64,000 bases of DNA from NCBI GenBank assembly GCA_902635045.1, contig CACPMT010000001.1, positions 30,993 through 94,992 of the forward strand, written 5' to 3'. Positions 36,535-47,067 of the stretch are shown piece by piece. A program made the position numbers and the translations under genes. The notes beneath the pieces were generated by a model. It did not search any database and was not told where the DNA came from. It was given only the letters and a program-made list of their open reading frames with translations. The stretch is from an uncultured SAR86 cluster bacterium. Lineage in GTDB: Bacteria; Pseudomonadota; Gammaproteobacteria; Magnimaribacterales; AG-339-G14. Every line of letters begins with the position of its first letter. Position 1 is the stretch's first letter.

Positions 36535-37164
36535 TTATTTTTCTTCAAACTTATAAGACTTAGATTTTTTAAAGGCTTCTCTTTCAAAGAGCATCTCAGT
36601 ATATCTTTTTATATTTGGTTTGAATGCTTGATGTATGCCTAACGATTCTGCAACAACAAAGGCATAACTTACGCAAATATCTGCAATCGTAAATCGTTTT
36701 GAGCAAAGGTATTCTTTATCTTCCAAAGCTGTTTCAAGTAATTTACATCTTGAAACAAACCATCTGCTGTAACCTTCTACGGCTGCATCAGCGACTCCTG
36801 GCTCTTGAAGCTTATATCTAAGGACCACTGTTTGAGGAAAAGTTAATGTTGCATCAGAATGATAAAGCCAATTTAAATATGCAGGATAATCGGCTTCATC
36901 TGGCATTACTCTAAGATCCGTAGGACCGTATTTTTCTACCAAATACTGGGACATTGCTACCGATTCGGTCATCTTTACGTCGCCATCAATTAAATAAGGA
37001 ATAGTCCCTAACATATTTACATCCAAATATTCTTTCATAAAGACTCTCGGAGGAAATGGCATCATTGTTAATTCATAATCTAAGCCCATTTCTTCTGCTG
37101 TCCAAATAGGCCTTAATGCTCTTGATGCCTCAGTTCCCCAAATTTTAATCATTGTTTTCTCCAA
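36535..37164 (-). CDS. glutathione S-transferase
   Basis: 209 aa. N-terminal thioredoxin-like part with TIPYL.DGD..MTES motif. Confidence 0.75.
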   Translation of the reverse strand: MEKTMIKIWGTEASRALRPIWTAEEMGLDYELTMMPFPPRVFMKEYLDVNMLGTIPYLIDGDVKMTESVAMSQYLVEKYGPTDLRVMPDEADYPAYLNWLYHSDATLTFPQTVVLRYKLQEPGVADAAVEGYSRWFVSRCKLLETALEDKEYLCSKRFTIADICVSYAFVVAESLGIHQAFKPNIKRYTEMLFEREAFKKSKSYKFEEK

Positions 37165-37226
37165 CTCTAATTAATGTTTATACTTAAAAGGTTTAAAAAA
37201 TTAATAATAACAAAAAGAGGAAAAAA

Positions 37227-37514
37227 ATGATTGGAGCAATAGCAAAATTAAAAATTAAAGACGGAGAAAGAGATAATTTTATTGAGGCAATGGGGAATCT
37301 TGTTAAAGCAGTAGCTGAAAATGAACCAGATTGTTTTTATTACGAAATGCATGAAACGGATGACCCTTTAACAATAATGATGATTGAACTTTATCAAACC
37401 GAAGAAGCTCACGCTAACCATACTCAAACAGAGCATTTTGCAACTTTAGGTATGGCTTTAGCTCCCTTTCTAGATGGCGCACCAGAGATAACTGTTCATA
37501 AAAGCGTAAACTGA
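37227..37514 (+). CDS. antibiotic-biosynthesis-monooxygenase (ABM) domain protein
   Basis: 95-aa ferredoxin-like fold pattern (ELYQTEEAHANHTQTEHF). Confidence 0.65.
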   Translation: MIGAIAKLKIKDGERDNFIEAMGNLVKAVAENEPDCFYYEMHETDDPLTIMMIELYQTEEAHANHTQTEHFATLGMALAPFLDGAPEITVHKSVN

Positions 37515-38563
37515 AAAAATCTTATATACAGTCTGTTGAAGAGGGAAAGATAGAGCTGGACGACATCCAGCTCGCTTTGATAGAAAAATTAGAAAGACGC
37601 CTTGAAGAGTTAAATAAGTCAGATCCCTTCTTTAATTTTAAAAAGAAAAAAAATTCTAAAAGCCTTTATATTTTCGGGGAGGTAGGTAGAGGTAAAACTT
37701 TCATAATGGATCTTTTCTACGATAGTTTAAAAACGAAGAAAAAAATAAGATTACATTTTCATAGATTCATGAATTATCTCCATAATGAACTTCATATATT
37801 GGTTGGTCACAAGGACCCCATTAAAAAAGTTGTTAAGCAACTTGCACGAAAATATAAAGTATTGTGTTTTGACGAGTTTTTTGTTGAAGACATAGGAGAT
37901 GCAATGCTTTTGGGGAAATTCATGACTGAACTTTTTTCCTCAGGTGTTTGTTTAGTAACTACTTCTAATATAGAACCAAAAAATTTATATGCAAATGGTC
38001 TGCAACGGAAATTATTCATTCCTGCAATAGAATCGATAGAAAAAAATTGTGAAATCTACTTTCTTGACTCTAAAAACGATTATCGTTTGAGAACCTTGGA
38101 GCAGACTAAACTCCTTTTTATGCCGCTCGGAAAAGAATCGGAAGAGAATATGCAAAATGCTTTCAATTCTCTTTCCAAGTCTAAAGATGCTAAAAGCGGT
38201 TCAATTAAAATTTTAGAAAGAAAAGTAAATATAATTAAAAGTTCAGAAGGAACAATATGGTTTGACTTTAATGATATATGTTCATCACCTAGAAGTTCAG
38301 CAGATTTTATTGAAATTGCCAAGGAATTCCATAATATCTTGATTTCTAATATCCCCATTATTACTTCTGATGATCAGGCAAGGAGATTCATCAGTTTAAT
38401 TGACGAATGTTACGACAGGAAAGTGAAAATAATTATTTCAGCAGAAACAGACATCTCAAAAATTTATACAGGAAATAAACTAATAGAAAAATATAAAAGA
38501 ACTGAGAGTAGGCTAATAGAAATGCAATCAAAAGAATATTTAAAAGAGCCTCATAAGCCTTGA
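37511..38563 (+). CDS. zapE: cell division ATPase ZapE (AFG1 family); probable CTG start
   Basis: Walker A GEVGRGKTFIMD. The frame is open from 37502 and encodes SYIQSVEEGKIELDDIQLALIEKL, which aligns to the E. coli ZapE N-terminus (YLKALNEGSHQPDDVQ). The only start-like codon is CTG 37511, overlapping the ABM stop as CTGA. ORF track starts at TTG 37577. Confidence 0.7.
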   Translation: MKKSYIQSVEEGKIELDDIQLALIEKLERRLEELNKSDPFFNFKKKKNSKSLYIFGEVGRGKTFIMDLFYDSLKTKKKIRLHFHRFMNYLHNELHILVGHKDPIKKVVKQLARKYKVLCFDEFFVEDIGDAMLLGKFMTELFSSGVCLVTTSNIEPKNLYANGLQRKLFIPAIESIEKNCEIYFLDSKNDYRLRTLEQTKLLFMPLGKESEENMQNAFNSLSKSKDAKSGSIKILERKVNIIKSSEGTIWFDFNDICSSPRSSADFIEIAKEFHNILISNIPIITSDDQARRFISLIDECYDRKVKIIISAETDISKIYTGNKLIEKYKRTESRLIEMQSKEYLKEPHKP

Positions 38564-38601
38564 ATTTTTTTTAAATGGCACTAAATAAAATAGTGTAAGA
38601 T

Positions 38602-38946
38602 ATGAATATAAAAATGAAAGAAATAATTGAGACCAACTTTGCTATAGGCCAAGTAGTCAGACATAAATTCTTAGATTTCCGAGGAGTAATTTTCGATGTT
38701 GATCCAGAATTTAACAACACTGAGGAATGGTATCAAAGCATTCCAGCTCAAATCAGACCTAAAAAAGATCAGCCTTTTTATCATGTATTTGCCGAGAATG
38801 ACGAAGTCTTCTATACAGCTTACGTTTCTCAACAAAATTTATTAGCAGATATATCAAATGAGCCTGTCTCTCACCCAGATGTTTCAAGTAACTTTGGGCC
38901 TTTCAAAGATAATTCTTATGAAATTCTTCAGGGTGTCAGAAATTAA
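38602..38946 (+). CDS. hspQ: heat shock protein HspQ (YccV / hemimethylated-DNA-binding family)
   Basis: FAIGQVVRHKFLDFRGVIFDVDPEF...PFYHV pattern. Confidence 0.8.
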   Translation: MNIKMKEIIETNFAIGQVVRHKFLDFRGVIFDVDPEFNNTEEWYQSIPAQIRPKKDQPFYHVFAENDEVFYTAYVSQQNLLADISNEPVSHPDVSSNFGPFKDNSYEILQGVRN

Positions 38947-40160
38947 CCAGCTAAACAAACTGCTGTAACAAATAAATCCATAGCTTTTTTTAAATCAGAG
39001 TTTTTCACTTGTGTTGGCGCAAGTCTTATATTTTGATTTGCTGGATCTTTTTTATATGGAAATGTAGAGCCAACTGGCGTAAGTTTTAATCCAGCATCCA
39101 AACAAAGCTGATATATTTTTTTTGCTTTTCCTGGCTTTGAATTAAAAGAAACAAAGTAGCCGCCAGTTGGAGTGCTCCAAGTTGCATATCCATCAGGTAT
39201 TTTAGATAAGTAATTTTCAACAATTTCGAACTTTGGCTTTATCACGGTAGCTAGATTATCCATGTGATTGGCCAATGATTTAGAATCTTTCAAAAACTTT
39301 ACATGTCTTGCTTGATTTATTTTATCTGCGCCAACAATTATTTTTCCTAAATAAGATAGAAAATTACTCAGTGTTTTTTCAGATCCCCCAATAAAAGCAA
39401 CGCCCGAGCCCGCAAATGTTATTTTGCTTGTACTTGCAAACAAAGATATGTTGTTTTCGGTTTTAAACTTTTCACATTGTTTGAAAATATTTAAGAGTTT
39501 AGGCGATTTATTGAAGTCATGAACTGAATAGGCATTGTCATAAAAAATCATAAAATCCTTATTCCCCATCTTAGGCAATTTAGCTAATCTAATAACTGTT
39601 TCTTTAGAATATGTTTCGCCAGTTGGATTTGAGTGCTTAGGAACACAGATAATTCCCCTAACACTTTTATCTTTTGCAACTATTTCTTCGACTTTATCCA
39701 TGTTTGGTCCCTTTCCAGTTAAAGGTACCGAAATCATATTTATTCCCATTTCTTCAAACAAGGCAAAATGTCTATCGTATCCTGGCACTGGACAAATTAC
39801 AGAAATCTTTTTTTTATTTTTCCAAGGCCCATCTCCATTGCCTTTAAAAAAAAGTGTTTGAAGCATAAATGCGGTAAGACTCAGACTACTAGTTCCATTA
39901 GCGATTATATTTTTTGGCTTCATATCCAGCAAAAAAGATCCAATTTTTTTTGCCGATAGTAGTCCATCTATTTCTCCATAATTTCTTATGTCTGTACCAT
40001 CAAGTTTAAAATCTTTTTTGTTTTTTAAATTACCCATGAGAAGATTCGAAAAATCTAGTTGTTCCGCAGAAGGTTTTCCTCTTGTTAGATCAAGACTTAG
40101 TTTAAGTTTTTTAATTCTGTTGTACTTTTTTTCGAGAGCTATTCTTTCTGCTTTTTTCAT
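38943..40160 (-). CDS. PLP-dependent aminotransferase (class I/II fold)
   Basis: 405 aa. LDLTRGKPSAEQLDFS N-terminal block and STSKITFAGSG (PLP lysine). Confidence 0.7.
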   Translation of the reverse strand: MKKAERIALEKKYNRIKKLKLSLDLTRGKPSAEQLDFSNLLMGNLKNKKDFKLDGTDIRNYGEIDGLLSAKKIGSFLLDMKPKNIIANGTSSLSLTAFMLQTLFFKGNGDGPWKNKKKISVICPVPGYDRHFALFEEMGINMISVPLTGKGPNMDKVEEIVAKDKSVRGIICVPKHSNPTGETYSKETVIRLAKLPKMGNKDFMIFYDNAYSVHDFNKSPKLLNIFKQCEKFKTENNISLFASTSKITFAGSGVAFIGGSEKTLSNFLSYLGKIIVGADKINQARHVKFLKDSKSLANHMDNLATVIKPKFEIVENYLSKIPDGYATWSTPTGGYFVSFNSKPGKAKKIYQLCLDAGLKLTPVGSTFPYKKDPANQNIRLAPTQVKNSDLKKAMDLFVTAVCLAG

Positions 40161-40167
40161 TTAATCT

Positions 40168-40812
40168 TTATCTATAAATTATTTCAAGAGAATTTTCTTT
40201 CGCATATTTTTCTAGTTCAGCATCTGGAGAAATAATAATACTATTTTTACAAGCTTTTACGAGAGGGAGATCATTTATTGAATCTGTGTAAAAAGTGGCC
40301 TCTTCCAATAGGAAATTGTTTTTTTCGCTCCATTTTTGCATAGTGCTTAATTTACCTTCAGCAAAAGTGGGAATATCAGCTAAATTGCCTGTTACTTTGT
40401 TATCAACTATTTCTAAGGGCGTTCCAAAAAAAGTGTCTATAGAAAAAAAATCAGAGAACCCCTCAACGATAAAATTTAAAGATCCTGAAGCAATAATTTT
40501 TTGATCATTTTCGTGTTTTTTTAAAAGTTCGTAAGTCAGCGAATCAACTAATATGTTTTTATATTGATTTATAAAATCATTTACTAAAGATTTTATTTCT
40601 TGGATTGATTTACCAATCAAAGGGTTAAGCAAAAATTTACAATAGGCTTCAAAATCCATATTTCCTGCCCTGTAGTCAATTTCAAATTCAGTTATCTTTT
40701 TTATATAAAGTTCTTTATCTATAAACCTTTTTTCCACTGTGAATTCTGCCCATTTAAATTCACTATCTCCACATAAGAGAGTATCGTCTAAATCAAAAAT
40801 TACTGTCTTCAC
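40168..40812 (-). CDS. HAD-IB family hydrolase
   Basis: VIFDLDDTLL motif I and FYTDSINDLP motif IV. Confidence 0.7.
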   Translation of the reverse strand: MKTVIFDLDDTLLCGDSEFKWAEFTVEKRFIDKELYIKKITEFEIDYRAGNMDFEAYCKFLLNPLIGKSIQEIKSLVNDFINQYKNILVDSLTYELLKKHENDQKIIASGSLNFIVEGFSDFFSIDTFFGTPLEIVDNKVTGNLADIPTFAEGKLSTMQKWSEKNNFLLEEATFYTDSINDLPLVKACKNSIIISPDAELEKYAKENSLEIIYR

Positions 40813-41279
40813 ACTAAAAACCTTAGTTCGCTCAAAGCTTTTCGATAAGCTTCTCTTTTAAAATCGACTATTCTATTAATTGGTTGCCAATAAGAAACCC
40901 ATTCATATCGATCAAATTCTGGAAATTCCTCATTATCTAATTTTATTTTTTGGTCATCTTTTTTTAGTCTAAGTAAAAACCATTTTTGTTCTTGTCCTTT
41001 AAATTTTCCGCCCAAAACTTTTGATCTTATAGTTTTTGGAATTTCATAAAATATGGTTTCAGCAGATTCGCCAATATACTCTACTTCTTCTTTTTTAAGA
41101 CCTACTTCTTCGAGTAGCTCTCTGTACATCGCATTTTTAATATCTTCACCCTTATCTATACCCCCTTGAGGAAATTGCCATGTTTTTGTATTCCTTCTTC
41201 GACAAATCAATACCTTTTTTTCGCTATTTATAACTACCATAGCAACGTTAGGCCTATAACCATCTTTATTTTCTTGCAT
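40809..41279 (-). CDS. rppH: RNA pyrophosphohydrolase
   Basis: Nudix box GGIDKGEDIKNAMYRELLEEVGL. Start set at ATG 41279 (MQENKDGYRPNV, matching the E. coli MIDDDGYRPNV). ORF-track start is 41330. Confidence 0.85.
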   Translation of the reverse strand: MQENKDGYRPNVAMVVINSEKKVLICRRRNTKTWQFPQGGIDKGEDIKNAMYRELLEEVGLKKEEVEYIGESAETIFYEIPKTIRSKVLGGKFKGQEQKWFLLRLKKDDQKIKLDNEEFPEFDRYEWVSYWQPINRIVDFKREAYRKALSELRFLV

Positions 41280-42036
41280 TAGAGATCTTAAATTCAAATT
41301 TTTTGATTTTTCCTTTTTCTCCTCTTGCATTATACAACTGCTCCTTAATTACTAGATGGTCATTGTTATCTAGAGTCATAACGGTTGTTGATCTAGTTCC
41401 ATATATTAAAGACTTTATAAATCTAGCGGAGAATTCTGAGCCATGATTCTTATTTAATATTTTTTGATCAAAATCATAAAACTCTTCTGGGAATTGCATT
41501 AGTTTTAACAAATCTTCACTTGTAAATTCTGAATCCAAAACCTCTTCAAAATCTTTTTTTGCTGTATTCAATTTATCTGAACTTGATTGAAAAGATTTAT
41601 TACCTATAACAATTATTTTTTCTTCTTTTCTTAAATTTTCTTTCCCTCGAGAAGAGCAAATATTTATTTTTTTAAAGTCAGACAAAACTAGATTAAACCC
41701 TAAATAGTTTTTGTAATTTATGGAGTTCTGATAATCGTCAATATTTATATTAGACATAAAAAAGTTTTTGACTAAATCTCCTCTAGATAAAAACTTTTTT
41801 TCTAAATAATCTTTTTCATAAAATTCTCTTACATTTGTAACGGCAGCAAATTTTCCTTCTTTTGAAACCCCCATCCATGTTCCGCCTTGCTCTAGATCTT
41901 TTCCTGCTAGAAAGCCCTGCGGTTCTTCCCACCAATGAGCTGACTCAGTAGGACGAGAATAAAATTCGTCTCTATTGGATGCCATCACAAACTTATATTT
42001 TTTAGAAGGCTCTTTTGCAAGCAAAATCAAACACAT
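41266..42036 (-). CDS. NRDE family (TANGO2-like) protein
   Basis: Starts MC... and contains a literal NRDEFYSRP motif. Confidence 0.75.
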   Translation of the reverse strand: MCLILLAKEPSKKYKFVMASNRDEFYSRPTESAHWWEEPQGFLAGKDLEQGGTWMGVSKEGKFAAVTNVREFYEKDYLEKKFLSRGDLVKNFFMSNINIDDYQNSINYKNYLGFNLVLSDFKKINICSSRGKENLRKEEKIIVIGNKSFQSSSDKLNTAKKDFEEVLDSEFTSEDLLKLMQFPEEFYDFDQKILNKNHGSEFSARFIKSLIYGTRSTTVMTLDNNDHLVIKEQLYNARGEKGKIKKFEFKISNARK

Positions 42037-42090
42037 ATACGGAAAAACTTAAGTTTATCAGAGGTCTGAGATAAGGGATAATGACCATCC

Positions 42091-42891
42091 ATGATTGAAA
42101 TCTTATTCCCTCTGATATTACTAGGTATATTTGCTGGCCTATTATCTGGTTTCTTTGGGATAGGAAGCGGAATAATATTAGTACCGGCATACATTTTTCT
42201 TTTTAATTATTTAAATTTTCCACCAGAGTATATTCCTCTGCTCGCAACTGGCTCCTCAATGGGAACTATGGCGATCACGATTCCTATGGCTGCTTACACT
42301 CATTATCAAAATAAAAATATAAATTTAGAAATAGTGAAATATATGTTTCTGGCTGCATTTTTTTCAACCATCTTTGGAAGATACATAGCTGCAAATATAG
42401 CTAGTGAAAGTTTGCAAATTATAATTGCTATTTCATTGTTATTAGCTGCAATCCAGCTTATTTTTAATTTTTCTCCAAAAAATATAGATACATCTATCAA
42501 TAAAATTGAATTATTTCTTGTCGGTGGATTTATTGCATTGATAACCTCTTTCGTCGGAATTGGAGGAGGAATTTTGATGGTTCCGTATTTTCAATTTAGA
42601 GGTTTAAGAATTCACGAGGCAATTGGCACTTCATCTTTGATGGGTTTCTTTTTTGCCATTTCTGGTTTAATTGGAGCTATTTTGTTTGCGCCCGAAAAAC
42701 TTAAACAAATAAACTATGTTTTAGGTTCTGTATTCATTCCAGCAATGATAGTAGCCGGGCTTTCAAGTATTTACTTTGCTAAATTAGGTGCAAACATTTC
42801 AAACAAAATCGAAGGAAATTCTTTAAAAATTGCTTTCTCTGTTTTAGTAATTTTAGTAGCTTTGAGAATTATATATATTACTTTTCAATGA
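42091..42891 (+). CDS. TauE/SafE family anion exporter (DUF81)
   Basis: 266-aa polytopic protein with duplicated GIGSG/GIGGG helices. Confidence 0.7.
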   Translation: MIEILFPLILLGIFAGLLSGFFGIGSGIILVPAYIFLFNYLNFPPEYIPLLATGSSMGTMAITIPMAAYTHYQNKNINLEIVKYMFLAAFFSTIFGRYIAANIASESLQIIIAISLLLAAIQLIFNFSPKNIDTSINKIELFLVGGFIALITSFVGIGGGILMVPYFQFRGLRIHEAIGTSSLMGFFFAISGLIGAILFAPEKLKQINYVLGSVFIPAMIVAGLSSIYFAKLGANISNKIEGNSLKIAFSVLVILVALRIIYITFQ

Positions 42892-43691
42892 CGATAAATA
42901 TAGATCCTGTTGCCTTTTCTATTCCTCTGCCTTTCATTGGTTGGTGGCCAATACATTGGTATGGCATTAGTTGGCTTCTGGCAATATTTAGTATTCTTTG
43001 GTACGCAAAAAGAATTGTTTCAAAAAAAACTCCATTTAATGAAAACGATATAGATGATTTTTTATTTTACGGAGTTCTTGGAGCAATTATTGGGGGCAGA
43101 CTAGGATACATGTTTTTTTATGGAACTGACCAAATCTTCAACGATCCAATTTCTATTTTTAGAGTCTGGGAAGGTGGTCTTTCATTTCATGGAGGATTTA
43201 TAGGAGTTCTCGTTTCTTTCTTTATTTTTTCAAAAAAACTTAATATTGATTTTTTTGATCTAGCTGATCATATTGCACTGGCTTTTCCCATTGGTCTAGG
43301 GATGGTAAGAATTGGTAATTTCTTGGGCGGGGAACTGCTCGGCAGACCAACAGATTTACCATGGGGCATAATTTTTTGGAGTGATCCTCTTCAAATTAGC
43401 AGGCACCCCTCACAACTTTATCAAGCATTTTTTGAAGGACTAGTACTTTTTGTAATTCTTAATTTTCTTGCAACAAAACCTAAACCAAAAATCTTTATTT
43501 CTGGAATGTTTCTAACCCTTTATGGTTCATTTAGAATTTTTACCGAAACTTTTAGAATGCCAGATTCACATATAGGTTTTGATTTTTTCGATATAATTAC
43601 AAGAGGTCAATTACTTTCCACTCCGATGGTTATAATTGGTTTAATATTAATCTTCCTAAGTTATAGAAATAAGAATGAAACAATATCTTAA
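42888..43691 (+). CDS. lgt: prolipoprotein diacylglyceryl transferase
   Basis: IHWYG, GGRLGY and GGLSFHGG motifs. lgt-thyA synteny. Confidence 0.9.
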   Translation: MTINIDPVAFSIPLPFIGWWPIHWYGISWLLAIFSILWYAKRIVSKKTPFNENDIDDFLFYGVLGAIIGGRLGYMFFYGTDQIFNDPISIFRVWEGGLSFHGGFIGVLVSFFIFSKKLNIDFFDLADHIALAFPIGLGMVRIGNFLGGELLGRPTDLPWGIIFWSDPLQISRHPSQLYQAFFEGLVLFVILNFLATKPKPKIFISGMFLTLYGSFRIFTETFRMPDSHIGFDFFDIITRGQLLSTPMVIIGLILIFLSYRNKNETIS

Positions 43692-44469
43692 TTTGATGCA
43701 AAAAGTATTAGATGAAGGTCAGAAAAAATCTGATAGAACAGGAACAGGAACTTTAAGTATTTTTGGTCATCAAATGGAATTTGATCTTTCTGAAGGGTTT
43801 CCTCTGGTTACCACTAAAAAGGTTCACTTAAAATCAATTGTTCATGAATTAATATGGTTTCTTCAAGGCTCAACTAATATTTCTTACTTAAAAGAAAATG
43901 GAGTTTCTATCTGGGATGAATGGGCAGATGAAAATGGAGATTTAGGGCCTGTCTATGGTGCTCAATGGCGTTCTTGGCCAGATGGAAATAACGGTACTAT
44001 CGATCAAATTCAAAATTTGATCCAAGGAATTAAGACCAATCCAGATTCTAGGAGACATATAGTCAGTGCCTGGAACCCCGCTTTAGTAGATGAAATGGCT
44101 TTGCCTCCATGTCATTCTCTTTTTCAGTTCTATGTCGCTGATGGTGAGCTTTCATGTCAGTTATACCAGAGGAGTGCAGACATTTTTCTAGGAGTTCCTT
44201 TTAATATAGCTTCTTACGCTCTCTTAACTCATATGGTTGCTCATGTGTGTAATTTAAAAGCTAAAAAATTTGTTCATACCTTTGGAGACGCTCATCTTTA
44301 TTTAAACCACCTTGAACAGGCTAAGCTTCAACTATCAAGAGATACAAAATTATTACCACAATTGAAACTAAATTCTGATGTGAAAAATATATTTGATTTC
44401 AAGTTTGAAGACATCGAAATTACAAATTATGAAAGCCACCCTTCAATCTCCGCGCCCATTGCAGTTTAA
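43675..44469 (+). CDS. thyA: thymidylate synthase
   Basis: MKQYL...[19 protein letters not shown] (catalytic Cys). Confidence 0.95.
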   Translation: MKQYLNLMQKVLDEGQKKSDRTGTGTLSIFGHQMEFDLSEGFPLVTTKKVHLKSIVHELIWFLQGSTNISYLKENGVSIWDEWADENGDLGPVYGAQWRSWPDGNNGTIDQIQNLIQGIKTNPDSRRHIVSAWNPALVDEMALPPCHSLFQFYVADGELSCQLYQRSADIFLGVPFNIASYALLTHMVAHVCNLKAKKFVHTFGDAHLYLNHLEQAKLQLSRDTKLLPQLKLNSDVKNIFDFKFEDIEITNYESHPSISAPIAV

Positions 44470-44957
44470 TGAAAATTACAATCGTTGCTGCTATTGCATC
44501 TAATAACGTTATTGGCCAGAAAAATTCATTACCTTGGGATATTCCCGAGGACTTAAGAAGATTTAAACAACTAACCTCTGGACATACAATTTTGATGGGA
44601 AGAAAAACTTTTGATTCGATCGGCAGGCCCTTACCTAATAGAACAAACATAGTAATGACAAAAGATACTAATTATCAAAAAGAAGGAATAGAAATAGTTT
44701 TTGACGAAAATGAGGCTTTGGATTTAATAAAAAATTTAAATGAGAAAGTTTTTATAATTGGTGGTTCTAAAATTTATAAATTATTTGAACCATTGGCATC
44801 TTCTTTAGTGATCACTCGTGTATTGAAAGATTTTGAAGGAGATGCATTTTTTCCTGATATAGATTGGAATAATTGGCAAATTGAAAATAAAGAAGAATTT
44901 CTAGATGAGAAAAGCGGTATCTCTTGCAGATTAGAGGAGTATTTAAGAAAAAGCTAG
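44469..44957 (+). CDS. folA: dihydrofolate reductase
   Basis: IVAAIASNNVIGQKNSLPW and MGRKTFDSIG. Confidence 0.92.
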   Translation: MKITIVAAIASNNVIGQKNSLPWDIPEDLRRFKQLTSGHTILMGRKTFDSIGRPLPNRTNIVMTKDTNYQKEGIEIVFDENEALDLIKNLNEKVFIIGGSKIYKLFEPLASSLVITRVLKDFEGDAFFPDIDWNNWQIENKEEFLDEKSGISCRLEEYLRKS

Positions 44958-46345
44958 CTTTCTTCTAAGTCTTTTCTTCTAAGCTCTAAAGTCTTAACTC
45001 TTCTTGCTTCTTTTTCAGTATAAGTTAACCAAGTAAGTGCTTGAGCCCTTAACTTATCTTGTCTTTTTTCTAGCAATTTCTTATCTTTGATTTTTAAATC
45101 CGTCAAACGATCTAAAGCTGTACGAAAGAATTTTGTTGCATCTTCAAAATTTTGTTGTTCGTAAGATACTTGACCCAATAAAATATTAACTGTAACTGGA
45201 TCCTTTAACTTTCCTTTTTTCAAACCCTCTTTTAAGGTTTTTTTTGCTAAGTCGTATCTGTCCGTTGCAAGATAAATTTGACCAAGAAAAACATAAAGTT
45301 CACCTTCTTCAGATTTTTTAGCTGCCTGTTCATATATCGGTTCTGCAATTTCTAATTCTTGAGCCATATGCCATCCTTGAGCAAGCATTTTTAGATGTTT
45401 TTCATCATCTTTTACAAAACCATTCTTGATACCATAATCCATAACTTTTGCAGCTTTAAAAGGAGCCTCCGCTCTCATTAATAACTGATAAAGAGCTGTG
45501 TATTCATTTTTTTTATCTAATAGTTTTTGGTCAAACGCCGCTTCTAATGCAGTTAATTGATTGCTTTCCTGTTTAAGTTCTCCATAAATTCCAGATAACT
45601 GAGTCCAATACTTTTTCTTTGGATGAAATATTACTAATTCTTCATAAAGCTCCAACATTTTTTTCATTTCACCATCTTCATTGTACAAGGCTAACAAAAG
45701 ATTATATGTTGACTCTCTTGGTTTTGATTTATTTGCCTTTGCAACGCACAAGCCTGCTTCTGCATTTTTAAGGGCTAGTTTTTTATTTTTCAATTGCCAG
45801 TAAGAAGCAGCAATAATGTCAAAACCAGTGGAACTTGGGTTTGCTTCATTAGAAAGCCACTCTTTTAACAGTTTAATTGCTTCTTTGTAATTTTCTTCTG
45901 TGTAAGCTATTTGAGCCAAGCTAAAAATAACATTTGATTTTAATCTAGGGTCTGCACCTTCAATATTAAGAAAAGATTTGTAAGATTGTTTAGCTTTTCT
46001 TAAATTATCTTCACTAAAGTAAACATAAGCATAGTAATAATACATCTGTGCTTTATCTGTTTCGGAGATATCTTTATCCAAATTCATTTTATCCAAAGTG
46101 GCTTTGGCAACAACTAAGTCATCTGCCTCTAAAGCTGGATATAGTAATTTCAAATATTTCTGAGCAGCTCTACTGGGAAGTTTAGCTACTCTTCTTACAT
46201 TTGATCTCTGAATTTCATAATCTGCTAAACATTTTTTTAAAGTAAATCCTGGGAAATTATATTCTTCCTTTTTCTCCTGAGCTGAAACGTTTAAAGACAA
46301 AAAAGATAAGACAATTAAGGTTGAAAAGATTCTTAATATTTTCAT
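44954..46345 (-). CDS. TPR-repeat protein of TonB2-type cluster (TtpD-like)
   Basis: Signal peptide plus multiple TPR-like repeats. Last gene of the cluster. Confidence 0.65.
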   Translation of the reverse strand: MKILRIFSTLIVLSFLSLNVSAQEKKEEYNFPGFTLKKCLADYEIQRSNVRRVAKLPSRAAQKYLKLLYPALEADDLVVAKATLDKMNLDKDISETDKAQMYYYYAYVYFSEDNLRKAKQSYKSFLNIEGADPRLKSNVIFSLAQIAYTEENYKEAIKLLKEWLSNEANPSSTGFDIIAASYWQLKNKKLALKNAEAGLCVAKANKSKPRESTYNLLLALYNEDGEMKKMLELYEELVIFHPKKKYWTQLSGIYGELKQESNQLTALEAAFDQKLLDKKNEYTALYQLLMRAEAPFKAAKVMDYGIKNGFVKDDEKHLKMLAQGWHMAQELEIAEPIYEQAAKKSEEGELYVFLGQIYLATDRYDLAKKTLKEGLKKGKLKDPVTVNILLGQVSYEQQNFEDATKFFRTALDRLTDLKIKDKKLLEKRQDKLRAQALTWLTYTEKEARRVKTLELRRKDLEES

Positions 46346-47067
46346 TACATTTGACCCCTACAATTTTCCGGAATGTATCCTGGACCTTTCTCAACAGACT
46401 CTAAAACAAAAGTAATTCTTTGTCTAACGCCTTCTACAGGAACGGCAACCCCATCTCTTATTAAAGGTTTATATTTGTATCTTAACGCCGCTCTCGTTGC
46501 TGCTCTGTCAAAAATATTTGGTGGAATAGCTTTAATGACCTTTGGATCTGAGACCGCGCCAGCTATTGTTACTGTATATTCTAAAAGAACACAGCCTTCA
46601 ATGCCTCTTTCCATTGCCCTTCTTGGATATTGAGGAGGCACCTGGAAAATTGGCACATACGAACCGTCAGCAAATACTCCTTGTCTTTTTGCTTTAAATT
46701 TAAAATTCAAATTCAAGGCATCATCCAAGACGTCATCGATATTTTCTATATCAACGTCTGGAGGAGTTTGCTCGGGCTCGGGCTCAGCTTCTTCTGGCCT
46801 TTCAACAGTATCCAACAACTCTGGATCTCTTTGCGGCATCACAATATCAACAATTTTTCTCGTTTTAATTTCATCTAATTGAACTTCTCCAGTTGCAATT
46901 AAAAAAGCCATTAAAAATAAAGAAAATAAGGCAACCGCTGTACCAGCTGCTGCTGCCACTCCGTATTTTTGATAAACATTTGATTCATTTTCAGAAGATT
47001 CTAATACCATAGAATCTAAATCAATGGGAATGAGTTTTTTTAAAAAATTTAAAATATTTTGAATCAT
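46345..47067 (-). CDS. tonB: energy transducer TonB
   Basis: N-terminal anchor, Pro/Glu-rich spacer (PEEAEPEPEQTPP), C-terminal YPRRAMERGIEG domain. Confidence 0.85.
   Translation of the reverse strand: MIQNILNFLKKLIPIDLDSMVLESSENESNVYQKYGVAAAAGTAVALFSLFLMAFLIATGEVQLDEIKTRKIVDIVMPQRDPELLDTVERPEEAEPEPEQTPPDVDIENIDDVLDDALNLNFKFKAKRQGVFADGSYVPIFQVPPQYPRRAMERGIEGCVLLEYTVTIAGAVSDPKVIKAIPPNIFDRAATRAALRYKYKPLIRDGVAVPVEGVRQRITFVLESVEKGPGYIPENCRGQM

Noticed and set aside
42002-42190. 62-aa minus-strand ORF spanning the NRDE / TauE divergent region
   Set aside because: It overlaps both neighbouring gene starts, and has no SD and no recognisable features.
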